From NCBI GenBank assembly GCA_027483845.1, contig JAIXTR010000608.1:1-53400 (forward strand): a stretch of DNA of 53,400 nt, given 5' to 3'. Position 1 is the stretch's first letter. Each line of letters opens with the position of its first letter. Under the pieces are notes generated by a model. The model was given only the letters and a program-made list of their open reading frames with translations. It did not search any database and had not been told where the DNA came from. This document shows, one piece after another, positions 27,476-37,279 of the stretch. The translations under genes and the position numbers were made by a program. This stretch comes from Caulobacteraceae bacterium. Its GTDB lineage: Bacteria; Pseudomonadota; Alphaproteobacteria; Caulobacterales; Caulobacteraceae.

Positions 27476-27981
27476 AGCTCTGAAAACCCGACAGCCCATG
27501 CCGCCACCGCCCCCCGTGGCCGACCTCGCCTCAGGGGCTGAGAACGCCCAATCCCCCAATCACGCAGGATCGGCCACGGCGGGGTTCTGGCGTCGCTTTG
27601 CGGCCTTCGCCGGCCTACGGCTATCAGTTGCTCTGCGTCACCGTCATCGCGAACCTGCTCATCGGGCTGAACGTGGCCCGGCTGATCGGCCCAGTCGGCG
27701 GGGTTTAGGCGTAAAGGCGGCATTCGACTCGTGGCGCGTGGTCCGCGAGCGCGAGCCAGCCCGATCCAGCTCTCCGTGGATGGGGAAGGCGGGTCTCCAG
27801 GCGGCGCAGTCGTCGCGCAGCAAGGCGACAGTCTCGTCAATGACCCCGGCATTGTCCCAAAGCCGCGCGTCCACGAAACCGGCTATTTCGTCATCGTTTA
27901 TGCCGCGTCATGGCCAGCACCTTCGTTGGTGGAACGCTTGTCAACGGAGGCTTATTTCAAACTGCGACACCAGCTTGCGGA

Positions 27982-28006
27982 CGAACCAATCGTCGCAATT
28001 CGCGTT
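27982..28006 (+). promoter_or_regulatory. EcfG/sigmaT-like promoter, probably giving a leaderless mRNA
   Basis: CGAAC-N16-CGTT ending 8 nt before ATG 28015; no SD sequence. Confidence 0.65.
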
Positions 28007-28014
28007 TCCGCCCC

Positions 28015-28779
28015 ATGAGATCGCGCTGGCCCGAACGGCTCTGGATTGTCCGTCACGGGGAGAGCGCTGGCAACGTCGCGCGCGACCAGGCCCATGCCGC
28101 GGGGCGGGCGCGGATCGAGATCGAGGACCGGGATGTGGACGTGGCGCTGAGCGCGCTGGGGGAGGCCCAGTCGCTGGCGCTCGGCGGCTGGTTCTCGGCG
28201 ATGCCCCCCGCCGCCCGCCCCGACGTCGTGCTCGCCTCGCCTTACGCCCGTGCCCGGGCAACGGCGCGCCTGATCGGCGAGGCGCACGGTTTTGCCCCTG
28301 ACGCGGTTCAGCCCACAGCGGACGAGCGGTTGCGCGAACGGGAGTTCGGCATCCTGGATCGCCTGACCAGCGCCGGGATTCGGGAGCTGCATCCGGACCA
28401 GGCGGCGTTCCGTCAGCAGCTGGGCAAGTTCTACCACCGGCCGCCGGGCGGTGAGAGTTGGGCCGATGTGATCCTGCGTCTCCGGAGCGCCCTCGACACG
28501 ATCAGCCTGCACTACGCCGGCAGGCGGGTTCTTATCGTTGGCCACCAGGTGGTCGTCCTGTGCCTGCGTTACCTGCTCGAGGACCTGACCGAAGGTCGCC
28601 TGATGGAAATCGACGCCGAGGGCGACGTGGTCAACTGCGGTGTCACCGAATATCGGTTCGACGCGACAATCCCGCCGGATGGGGCGCTGCGCCTCGTACG
28701 ATACAATTTCACAGCGCCGCTGGAGGAGGCGGGCGCAGCCGTCACGTCCGAGCCCGACGCGCCGGTGGCCGCCCGATGA
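28015..28779 (+). CDS. Histidine phosphatase (phosphoglycerate mutase superfamily)
   Basis: WIVRHGES, SPYARARATA, LREREFG, GGES, LIVGH. Confidence 0.93.
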   Translation: MRSRWPERLWIVRHGESAGNVARDQAHAAGRARIEIEDRDVDVALSALGEAQSLALGGWFSAMPPAARPDVVLASPYARARATARLIGEAHGFAPDAVQPTADERLREREFGILDRLTSAGIRELHPDQAAFRQQLGKFYHRPPGGESWADVILRLRSALDTISLHYAGRRVLIVGHQVVVLCLRYLLEDLTEGRLMEIDAEGDVVNCGVTEYRFDATIPPDGALRLVRYNFTAPLEEAGAAVTSEPDAPVAAR

Positions 28780-29678
28780 GCGCACCGCAAGACATCTCGC
28801 TCGAGACGGTCGACGCCTTCCCGCTCCCAGAGCTTAGGGGGGCGGTCGACAAATCGGCGCGGGGACAGGTTCTGGTGCTGGGCGGGGGCGGCGTCGTACC
28901 CGGCGCAGCCCTGCTCACAGGTCTCGCGGCCCTGCGCGTCGGCGCCGGCAAGCTGCAACTCGCGGCGACGGCCGCCACGGCGGCGCCCCTCGGTGTCGCC
29001 GTCCCGGAGGCGGCGATCCTGACCGTCAGCGCAACGCCTGACGGTGAGCTCGCGCCGCAGGCGGCCACGGATTTGTCGCCACGATTGAAGAGCGCTGACG
29101 CGGTCGTGGTCGGCCCCGGCATGATGGACGCCGAGACCGCCGGTCAACTGGCTCTCGGCCTGATGGCCGCCGAGACGACCGCAGCTTTCGTGCTCGACGC
29201 GGCGGCCATGACCGGCGTCGACTACGGCGACCCGCGCGTGAAGCGCCTAGCCGGCCGGCTGGTCATCACGCCCCATGCGGGAGAGATGGCCACGTTGATC
29301 GGTGTCGGGCGCGACGCGGTCGAAGAGGACCCGTTGGGAATGGCGCGGCGCGCCGCCAGCGCCGCCAGCGCCGTCGTCGTTATGAAAGGCGCGGAAACCT
29401 TCATCGTTTCGCCGGACGGACGCGCGTGGCGTCATCAGGACGGCGTCGTGGGCCTCGCCACGTCGGGATCCGGAGACGTGCTGGCGGGGATCATCGGCGG
29501 GCTCCTGGCGCGAGGCGCCTCGCCGCTTGTGGCGTCGGTCTGGGGCGTGTGCATCCATGGGGGCGCGGGCGCCCGCCTGGCTCACACAGTCGGCCCGCTG
29601 GGCTTCCTCGCCCGTGAGCTTCTCGATGAGATTCCGCGTGTGTTGGCGGCTGCCGCCCGAAGCCCTGTTAGGCCATAG
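28776..29678 (+). CDS. nnrD: NAD(P)H-hydrate dehydratase-like protein (YjeF_C)
   Basis: K..RG.VLVLGG, GAGK, VVGPG, VLDA, ITPHAGE, MKG, ATSGSGDVLAG; overlaps the phosphatase stop. Confidence 0.88.
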   Translation: MSAPQDISLETVDAFPLPELRGAVDKSARGQVLVLGGGGVVPGAALLTGLAALRVGAGKLQLAATAATAAPLGVAVPEAAILTVSATPDGELAPQAATDLSPRLKSADAVVVGPGMMDAETAGQLALGLMAAETTAAFVLDAAAMTGVDYGDPRVKRLAGRLVITPHAGEMATLIGVGRDAVEEDPLGMARRAASAASAVVVMKGAETFIVSPDGRAWRHQDGVVGLATSGSGDVLAGIIGGLLARGASPLVASVWGVCIHGGAGARLAHTVGPLGFLARELLDEIPRVLAAAARSPVRP

Positions 29679-29739
29679 CTCGCTATCAACTTTCGGAGCT
29701 CCCTCACGGAGCCTCTAGTCGCTGTCAGATTTCGTTTTT

Positions 29740-29767
29740 CAAGCGGCGCCCCGCGGGGCGCCGCTTG
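29740..29767. terminator. Perfect 28-bp palindrome between convergent nnrD and GT-glf
   Basis: CAAGCGGCGCCCCGCGGGGCGCCGCTTG is its own reverse complement. Confidence 0.65.
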
Positions 29768-29812
29768 TCCTTCGTTAGAGCGTAGGACCGCCAGTCCGTT
29801 TGGACGGCGGCG

Positions 29813-32206
29813 TCAGCTCGACGCCAGGGCGTCGGACGCGGACAGGACGGGCGCGGCCAGTCGACCCTCGCGTTCGGCAATGCGCCTGAAGGTCGCGAGC
29901 GCCTGCCCGACAACTTGATCCATGTTGTAGTACCGATACGTCGCCAGCCTGCCGACGAACGAGACATTGGGGGTCTCAAGCGCGAGCGCCTCATAGCGCT
30001 TGAACAGGGCCTGGTTCTCCGGCCGCGGCACAGGATAGTAGGGATCGCCGTCGGCGCGCGGGATCTCGTAGGTGATCGTGGTTCGTGGCGACACCTGTCC
30101 GGTCAGGTGCTTGTACTCGCTGATACGCGTGTAGGGCGTCGCCTCGTCGGGGTAGTTCACCGTTCCCACCGATTGGAACTGCTCCATGTCCAGGGTCTCG
30201 TGACGGAACTCAAGACTGCGGTAGGGCAGCTTCCCGAAACGGTTGTCGAAGTACTCGTCGATCGGCCCGGTGAAGATCAGGTGGTCGAAGCTCACGTCCT
30301 CACGCACCTCGTCGAACTCGACGCCCGTCTGGATAGTGATCCCAGGCTGGTCAAGCATCGTCTCGAACATCGCCGTGTAGCCGGCCGCGGGCATCGCCTG
30401 GAAGCGGTCCGTAAAGTAACGGTCGTCCAGGTTGGTGCGGGTCGGCACGCGCGCGGTGACCGATTTGTCCAGTTCCGACGGGTCCATGCCCCACTGCTTG
30501 CGCGTGTAGCCCCGGAAGAACGTTTCATAGAGTTCGCGGCCGACTTGCGAGACCACGACGTCCTCGGAGGTCTGGATGCGCTGGACGGGCTCTGCCCGGC
30601 TCTTGAGATAGGCCGCCGCCTCATCGTCCGATCGCAGGTCGAGGCTGTAAAGCGCGTTCAGTGTCGTGCGGTTGATCGGGATTGGCACCAACAGGCCGTC
30701 CTTCACGCTGGCCAGCACCCGATGCTCGTAGGGGCGCCATGCTGTGAACTGCGAGAGGTGGGCGAAGATCTCCTCGGAGTTCGTGTGGAAAATGTGCGGG
30801 CCGTAGCGGTGCATGAGGACGCCGCCAGCGTCCTTCTCGTCGAAGGCGTTCCCCCCCACATGCGGGCGGCGATCAACGAGGAGGACCCGCTTGCCCAGCT
30901 GGGTGGTCAGCCGCTCGGCCAGGACGGAGCCGGCGAAGCCGGCGCCCACGATCAGATAGTCGAAGGCCTTGCGTCGGCCCGCCGGGCGCACGACGGGCGC
31001 GAACAGGAGCCGGCCGGCGGCGGCGCGGGATAGCTGCACCTTGGCGATCTGTTGCTGCATGCGCTCGAACGTCTGGTCCCACGACATTGAGGCCAGCACC
31101 GCGTCGGCTTCTTGCAGCCACGCGCCACGCAGGCTGCTCAATTTGAGCGCAGCCGCGCACGCCTCGACAAACGCCGCAGGCGTGCTCGCGACCTTCACGC
31201 CCTCGAGGTCGCCATAGTGACGAATTACGTCACAGATCGGTGTCGACACCACGGGCCGCCCACCGGCCAGGTACTCCGGGGTTTTGGTCGGACTGATGAA
31301 GCGGGTCGCCTCATTGATCGCGAACGGCATGAGCGCCACGTCCCATCCACGGAGGTAGGCGGGGAGTTGCTCGTAGGTCTTGCCGCCCAGGTAGTGGAGG
31401 TTGGGCCGCCGCGGAAGGTCGGCCGGGTCGATCTTCACGACCGGGCCGACGATCACGAGGCTCCAGTCAGGCCTGGCGTCTGCGATCGCAGCGAGCAGGT
31501 TCAGATCCATGCGCTCGTCCACCACGCCATAGAATCCGAGACGGGGTCCGGGTATCGCGGCCTGGTCTGCGGGAGGAGGCTGCTGGGTCCGGGCCGTGGC
31601 GAAATGGCTGCGATCGACGCTGGACGGAAACGGGTGGATGTTGGCGTGCTTGTCGCGCTTGGCTTCCCACAGACTGTACCCGCCCGTGAACACCACGTCG
31701 GATACCGCAAGGAGTTCGACCTCTAGCCCCACCAGCTCGGCCGGCGCGAACTTGAAATTCGCGAGCTCGTCCATGCAGTCATAGACCGTGCAGGTCGCGT
31801 TCAAATGCCGCGAAAACGGCAGCATCATGGGCGTGTAGTACCAGCGGACAAGGTGGCCCTGCGCCGTTCCGAGGATCCGATCGAGCATGCCGCGCAGGAC
31901 CGAGTCGCGGGCGCCTCCCAGGTCCTCCGGCGTGAGCCGGGGCGTCGCGATGACAACCCCTGAGTCCTGACAGATGCGGATCAGCAATTCGGAAGCCTCG
32001 CCCGCCGCGGCGGGCACAGGTTCCTCCCAGTAGATCACCCGGCGGTCCCGGGCGAAGCGCGACATCAAGTGCTGCGGCCGCTGGAAGACGAAATCCCAGC
32101 GCAGGTGCGAGAAGCAGATCAACGTGGCCCGCTGTCGAGGGACACCCCCGTTCGTCAGGGGGGAGCCGAGCGCTTTCGCTATCTTGGGCGTGAACTGTCT
32201 ATTCAA
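29813..32206 (-). CDS. glf: Fusion: GT-B glycosyltransferase plus UDP-galactopyranose mutase
   Basis: N-half: CFSHLRWDFVFQRPQHLM, YDCMDEL, ISPTKTPEYLAGGRPVVST. C-half: GAGFAG, HRYGPHIFH, YTRKQWG, PYYP, GRLATYRYYNMDQ. Confidence 0.93.
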   Translation of the reverse strand: MNRQFTPKIAKALGSPLTNGGVPRQRATLICFSHLRWDFVFQRPQHLMSRFARDRRVIYWEEPVPAAAGEASELLIRICQDSGVVIATPRLTPEDLGGARDSVLRGMLDRILGTAQGHLVRWYYTPMMLPFSRHLNATCTVYDCMDELANFKFAPAELVGLEVELLAVSDVVFTGGYSLWEAKRDKHANIHPFPSSVDRSHFATARTQQPPPADQAAIPGPRLGFYGVVDERMDLNLLAAIADARPDWSLVIVGPVVKIDPADLPRRPNLHYLGGKTYEQLPAYLRGWDVALMPFAINEATRFISPTKTPEYLAGGRPVVSTPICDVIRHYGDLEGVKVASTPAAFVEACAAALKLSSLRGAWLQEADAVLASMSWDQTFERMQQQIAKVQLSRAAAGRLLFAPVVRPAGRRKAFDYLIVGAGFAGSVLAERLTTQLGKRVLLVDRRPHVGGNAFDEKDAGGVLMHRYGPHIFHTNSEEIFAHLSQFTAWRPYEHRVLASVKDGLLVPIPINRTTLNALYSLDLRSDDEAAAYLKSRAEPVQRIQTSEDVVVSQVGRELYETFFRGYTRKQWGMDPSELDKSVTARVPTRTNLDDRYFTDRFQAMPAAGYTAMFETMLDQPGITIQTGVEFDEVREDVSFDHLIFTGPIDEYFDNRFGKLPYRSLEFRHETLDMEQFQSVGTVNYPDEATPYTRISEYKHLTGQVSPRTTITYEIPRADGDPYYPVPRPENQALFKRYEALALETPNVSFVGRLATYRYYNMDQVVGQALATFRRIAEREGRLAAPVLSASDALASS

Positions 32207-32321
32207 GTGAGGTCCCTCGAGCTGGGCTTGGTGAAGTCGCGGATCTGCGTCGGCGAAGAGGGATGAGACACCGTAGGGTGCGGTCTGAGATCTTTCGCGG
32301 GCGGGGCATGCCGGGCGTTCC

Positions 32322-33392
32322 CTAAGCTGCGAATTGCGAACGGAGTTCCGGCTGCCGCTGGCGGCGCCCGGCGCCGTAGGCCGGCTGCGATTCCCAGCGC
32401 ACGGCGTCGGTGACGATGCGGTCGAGCGCCGAGCATGTCGCCCGCCAGCCGAGCAGGGTCTGAGCCCGGGCCGGGTTCGCCACCAGGCTGGCCGGATCTC
32501 CTGTCCGTCGCGGCCCCTGAACAGTCGGGACGGGCGAGCCGACGGCCGCGCCGACCGTCCTGATCACGTCTCGTACGGAGCAGCCAAACCCGGTGCCGAC
32601 ATTGATGGCCTCGAAGGCGCCGGGCGCCAGCGCCGCGCGGACGGCGGCCACATGCGCAGCGGCCAGATCGGTCACATGGATGTAGTCGCGCAAGCAGGTG
32701 CCGTCGGGCGTGTCGAAGTCATCGCCGAAAATTGTCAGCGCGGGGCCGTCGCCCATGGCCGCGGCGATCGCGAGGGGAAGTAGGTGCGTCTCCGGTTCAT
32801 GGGCTTCGCCGATAAGGCCGCTCGGATCCGCTCCGGCGGCGTTGAAGTAGCGAAGCACCACCGCGCTCAGGCCGTAGGCGCGGCAATGAGCCTGGATCAA
32901 CCGCTCCCCCGCCAACTTGGTGTCCCCATAGGGGCTGGCGGGATCCTTCGCCGCGGTCTCAGGAATCGTCTCGAGGGCCGTGCGCCCCGCGCTTCCGTAG
33001 ACAGCGGCGCTGGATGAGAACACCAAGCGCGGCACGCGCCGCGCGGCTAGCGCCGACAGCAGTCGGCCCGTGCCGGTCACGTTGACGTCCCAGAAGAGGT
33101 CGGGGCGGGTCACGGACCGCCCGACCTCGATCAGACCGGCGAAATGTACGACCGCGGCCACAGGGTAGGCGTCCAGGGCGGCGGCCACGGCGTCGGCATC
33201 GCGAATGTCGCCGTGGCAGAACGGCCCCCAACGCACGGCTTCCCGGAACCCGGAACTGAGGTTGTCGAATACGACGGGAAGAAAATTGGCTTCGGCGAGG
33301 GCCTTGGCGGTGTGAGCGCCGATGTAGCCCGCACCACCAGTTACCAATACGACGGGTCTGCCGGAATCCATGAACGTGACAAGGCGGTCCAA
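32322..33392 (-). CDS. galE: UDP-glucose 4-epimerase
   Basis: TGGAGYIG, HFAG, FSSSAAVYG, YGDTK, LRYFNAAG, DGTCLRDYIHV. Start may be the ATG at 33371. Confidence 0.92.
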   Translation of the reverse strand: MDRLVTFMDSGRPVVLVTGGAGYIGAHTAKALAEANFLPVVFDNLSSGFREAVRWGPFCHGDIRDADAVAAALDAYPVAAVVHFAGLIEVGRSVTRPDLFWDVNVTGTGRLLSALAARRVPRLVFSSSAAVYGSAGRTALETIPETAAKDPASPYGDTKLAGERLIQAHCRAYGLSAVVLRYFNAAGADPSGLIGEAHEPETHLLPLAIAAAMGDGPALTIFGDDFDTPDGTCLRDYIHVTDLAAAHVAAVRAALAPGAFEAINVGTGFGCSVRDVIRTVGAAVGSPVPTVQGPRRTGDPASLVANPARAQTLLGWRATCSALDRIVTDAVRWESQPAYGAGRRQRQPELRSQFAA

Positions 33393-33484
33393 GCCTCTCC
33401 GTTCCAGCTCCTAACAATGGATAGGCCGTGGAACGCGAACCGCTTTCCGGTTCTTGCTTGCCCAGTTTACGGGAAGGCTATGCC

Positions 33485-35731
33485 ATGACGGAGCTGGAGC
33501 TCTGGGGCGGTCACGAGTGTACCGTGAACCGGGTCGGCGATCGGTTCTACGATCAGACCGTGGCGTCAGGCCATGCACATCGGATCGACGACCTGGACCG
33601 CTTCGCGAAGCTTGGCCTAAAGACGCTTCGATACCCGGTGCTGTGGGAACGAGTCGCGCCCGAGACGCCGGAAACATGCGATTGGCGTTGGACAGATGTC
33701 CGGCTTGCGCGCCTGCGCGAGCTACAGGTACGCCCGATCGCCGGCCTCCTGCATCACGGAAGCGGCCCCCGTTACACCAGCCTGTCCGACGAGGGATTTG
33801 CGCCGGCTTTCGCCCGCTTTGCGCGTGCTGCGGCGGAGCGTTATCCCTGGATCACGGACTGGACCCCGATCAACGAGCCTTTGACCACGGCGCGCTTTTC
33901 CGCGCTCTACGGGCACTGGTATCCGCACAGACGAGACGAGCGCGCTTTCTGGGCCGCCGTGCTGAACCAGATTGAGGCCGTGGGATTGGCAATGCGCGAG
34001 ATCCGTGCGGTCAATCCCGAGGCCCAACTCATCCAAACCGAAGACCTGGGTCGCACCTACGCCACGCGCGCGATGGCGCACCAGGCTGACTTCGACAACG
34101 CCCGACGCTGGATGACCTGGGACCTGCTCTGCGGACGGGTGACGGCGGATCACCCGCTTTGGAGTCGCCTCGACGGGTTCGGTTTCGGAGACCGGCTTCG
34201 TCGCCTGCACGAGGCCCCCTGTCCGCCTAACGTCATTGGTGTGAACCACTACCTCACCAGTGATCGCTTCCTTGACCACCGCGCCGCAGCCTACCCCCCG
34301 GAACGGCAGGGCGGGAACGGCTTCATGGCGTTCGCCGACGTGGAAGCGATCCGCGTCACCGCGCCCGCGCCCGCCGGCCTAGAGGGTGTCCTGGATGAAG
34401 CCTGGCGACGCTACGGGCGACCGCTGGCGGTGACCGAAGCTCACAACGGCTGCACCCGGGAAGAGCAGGTGCGTTGGTTGCGGGAAGCGTGGGACGTGGC
34501 GGAGCGCTTGCGGGCTCGGGGCGCCGACGTCCGCGCGGTGACCGCCTGGGCGCTGCTGGGGTCCCACAACTGGAATGGCCTCCTGACCCGCGAGGGCGGA
34601 CACTATGAGCCCGGGGCGTTCGACGTCACCGGACCCACACCCCGGGCCACGGCCTTGGCCGGCGAGATTAAGCGGCTCGCAACGGGTCGAGGATCCCGAC
34701 ATCCCGCCACCGAGGGCCCTGGATGGTGGCGCCGGGACGTTCGGTTCGAGTTCAAGCCGGTGTTCCGCTGGCCGGTCACGCCCGAGGCGCGACCGTCGTG
34801 GCGGAACACCCCGAGCGGCGAGCGGCCACTGCTCATCACCGGCGCCACCGGTACGCTTGGCCGGGCGATCGCCCGCGCCTGCGAGTGGCGTGGCATCGCC
34901 TATAAGTTGACGACCAGGGCCGAACTCTCGCTCGACGACGCCGGGTCAATCGCGCGCGCCCTCGACGACAGCCGCGCGTGGGGCGTCGTCAATGCGGCGG
35001 GCTGGGTGCGCGTCGATGAAGCGCAATCCCAGCCGGCGGCGTGCTTTGCAGCGAACCACCTTGGCGCGGTTCGGCTCGCGCGCGCGTGTGCCGAGCGCCG
35101 TCTTCCCTTCGTCGGATTCTCCTCGGATCTGGTCTTCAACGGCGCGAAGGGCAGCCCCTATGTCGAGCGCGACGCGCCCACGCCGCTCAACGTCTATGGC
35201 ACGAGCAAAATGCGCGCGGAGCGCGAGATCCTTGCAGGCGGCGGATCTCCCCTGATAATCCGCACGGCCGCGTTCTTTTCACCCTACGATCCGCACAATT
35301 TCGCGGCCCATGTGCAGCGGACGCTCGGTGAGGGGCGGCGTCTCGATGCGCCGGACGTTACGATTACCCCGACCTATGTGCCGGACCTTGTGGACCGCAC
35401 GCTCGATCTCCTGATCGATGGCTGCCAGGGCCTTCGCCATGTGGTCAATGACGGAGTCGTGTCTTGGGCGGAGTTCGCTCGCCGCCTGGCGCGCGCCATG
35501 GACCTCGATGCCGATTTGGTGGACGAGCGCCCGGCCGCATATTTCGACTGGCCGGCCGTCCGGCCCCCGAACGCCGCCATGACGAGCGAGCTCCAGGGTC
35601 CGCTTCCTTCCCTCGATGATGCTATCGCCCGGTTCGCGGCGTTGGCGCATGTGGAGGACCTTACCCCCGATACGCTCCCGCCTCCGGCCGTGGCGACGAC
35701 CGCACCCTTCCAACGGGTGCGACGACGCTGA
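33485..35731 (+). CDS. Fusion: GH1-like glycoside hydrolase plus RmlD-like NDP-sugar reductase
   Basis: GH1-like part: WGGHE, LRYPVLWE, TPINEP (acid/base), VTEAH (nucleophile). RmlD-like part: ITGATGTLG, SSDLVF, YGTSK. Confidence 0.88.
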   Translation: MTELELWGGHECTVNRVGDRFYDQTVASGHAHRIDDLDRFAKLGLKTLRYPVLWERVAPETPETCDWRWTDVRLARLRELQVRPIAGLLHHGSGPRYTSLSDEGFAPAFARFARAAAERYPWITDWTPINEPLTTARFSALYGHWYPHRRDERAFWAAVLNQIEAVGLAMREIRAVNPEAQLIQTEDLGRTYATRAMAHQADFDNARRWMTWDLLCGRVTADHPLWSRLDGFGFGDRLRRLHEAPCPPNVIGVNHYLTSDRFLDHRAAAYPPERQGGNGFMAFADVEAIRVTAPAPAGLEGVLDEAWRRYGRPLAVTEAHNGCTREEQVRWLREAWDVAERLRARGADVRAVTAWALLGSHNWNGLLTREGGHYEPGAFDVTGPTPRATALAGEIKRLATGRGSRHPATEGPGWWRRDVRFEFKPVFRWPVTPEARPSWRNTPSGERPLLITGATGTLGRAIARACEWRGIAYKLTTRAELSLDDAGSIARALDDSRAWGVVNAAGWVRVDEAQSQPAACFAANHLGAVRLARACAERRLPFVGFSSDLVFNGAKGSPYVERDAPTPLNVYGTSKMRAEREILAGGGSPLIIRTAAFFSPYDPHNFAAHVQRTLGEGRRLDAPDVTITPTYVPDLVDRTLDLLIDGCQGLRHVVNDGVVSWAEFARRLARAMDLDADLVDERPAAYFDWPAVRPPNAAMTSELQGPLPSLDDAIARFAALAHVEDLTPDTLPPPAVATTAPFQRVRRR

Positions 35732-35738
35732 GGGCCGA

Positions 35739-36362
35739 TCAGGGTAGCGCGCGCGCCGCCGCAACCGCCCGAGCGGCCTTTGCAGCGGTGTCCTCCGGGG
35801 TCTGTCCCGGGCGGTAGAGTTCGCCGCCCAGGCCGAAGGCGCGCGCGCCTGCCGCCCACCAGTCGGCTAAACTGTCCGGACCGACGCCCCCGACAGCCCA
35901 TATGGTCGCCTCCGGCGGAAGAACCGCGGTCAGCTGTCGCAGATGGCTGGCCCCGTAGGTGCTCGCGGGGAACAGCTTCAGATGGCGCGCGCCGGCCTCG
36001 CAGGCGGCGAAGGCTTCGGTCGCGGTGGCGAAGCCCGGGGCCGGGTCAAGCCTCAGCTGGACCGCGCGGCTGATCACGTCCGCACTTGTGTTCGGCGAGA
36101 CGATGATGCGACCGCCAGCGGCGGCGACGGCCTCGACCTGTCGCGGTGTGAGCACCGTGCCCGCCCCGACGGCCATGCGGGTCCCGAAGACGTCCGCGAT
36201 GCGGCGTATGCTCTCCAGGGGGTTTGGCGAGTTGAGGGGCACCTCAACGCCGCGCACGCCCGCGTCATAGAGCGCCTCGACGTGCGGCACGGTCTCCTCC
36301 AGGCCGATGCCGCGCAGGATGGCGACCAGCGGACATTCGGCGAGGGCGGCTTCGAGCTTCAT
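35739..36362 (-). CDS. dgoA: 2-dehydro-3-deoxy-6-phosphogalactonate aldolase
   Basis: LVAILRG, EVPLNSP, GAGTV, IVSPN, LKLFPA, AVGGV; adjacent to dgoK. Confidence 0.92.
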   Translation of the reverse strand: MKLEAALAECPLVAILRGIGLEETVPHVEALYDAGVRGVEVPLNSPNPLESIRRIADVFGTRMAVGAGTVLTPRQVEAVAAAGGRIIVSPNTSADVISRAVQLRLDPAPGFATATEAFAACEAGARHLKLFPASTYGASHLRQLTAVLPPEATIWAVGGVGPDSLADWWAAGARAFGLGGELYRPGQTPEDTAAKAARAVAAARALP

Positions 36363-37279
36363 CGCAGGCTCCGGGCGCGGTGCAAGGCGCTGAGACCAGC
36401 CACCGCGGCGGCTTCGCCGTCAAAGATCTCCGAGTCCACGCCCTGCAACTCCAGGGCGCGCGCGTAGAGGCCGCAGAGCCGGGGGTCGCCCAGCAAGGCG
36501 ACCGTCGCGCCAGAGGTCTCGCCGAGCAGGCGGGGCGTCGCCGCCACGTCCGCGCCCACGAGCAGTCCGGACAGATAGCTCGCTGTCGTTGCGGCAGGGC
36601 GACCCAGCCCGACCACACGCGACCGCGCCGTGAACAGACGCGCGGCAAGCGCATCGCCCCGACCGGCCGCGGCCACGCCTTCGTCGAACGCGACCGGATC
36701 GTCCGGCGGCGTCGAGGTGCGCAGCACACCGTGCTGGCGCAGCAGCGCGAAGAGCTCGCCTGTCATCGCGGTGACGAACCCGGTCAGTCGGCCGTCCTCC
36801 ACCTGCATCCACTTCGCATGGGTCCCCGGATGGCAGACCAGGCGGCGGCCCACCGCCCGGTCGGGCGCCCCGGCCAGCCAGCCGAACAACTGGGTCTCCT
36901 CGCCGCGCATGACGTCACCTTGGCCGTTGAAGCCAGGGGCGCAAACGCCGGGAACGATGCGGACCAAGCCGTCGGTGTCGTCGACCGTCGCCAATTGGGC
37001 CGCGAGGTCGTCGAGGCCTGCCGGCAACTCGACGTAGGGCGCGGCCGTCCAGCCGAGCGTGGATCCGATCATGCCGCAGAGCAGGGCAGGCGTGCGGGCT
37101 CCCCCAAGCGCCGGTAGGACGTCCTCACGGAAGCGGCGGGGCGCTTCCCCCGCCTTGAGCCGCCCCACGCCGAAGGGGAACACCCGCGCCGTCAGGATTC
37201 TTCCGGCGTCATCAAGCGCCCAAGCCCGCAGATTGGTGGTGCCCCAGTCGCAGGCGATGAGCGACGCGGCGGCTGTCAC
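36359..37279 (-). CDS. dgoK: 2-dehydro-3-deoxygalactonokinase
   Basis: CDWGTTNLRAW, GMIGS..GW, DVMRGEETQ, PGTHAKW, MTGELF. Confidence 0.93.
   Translation of the reverse strand: MTAAASLIACDWGTTNLRAWALDDAGRILTARVFPFGVGRLKAGEAPRRFREDVLPALGGARTPALLCGMIGSTLGWTAAPYVELPAGLDDLAAQLATVDDTDGLVRIVPGVCAPGFNGQGDVMRGEETQLFGWLAGAPDRAVGRRLVCHPGTHAKWMQVEDGRLTGFVTAMTGELFALLRQHGVLRTSTPPDDPVAFDEGVAAAGRGDALAARLFTARSRVVGLGRPAATTASYLSGLLVGADVAATPRLLGETSGATVALLGDPRLCGLYARALELQGVDSEIFDGEAAAVAGLSALHRARSLR

Noticed and set aside
33430-33455. EcfG promoter for galE or the GH1-RmlD fusion
   Set aside because: GGAAC is present but spacing to GTT is only 15 nt, so it was not counted.
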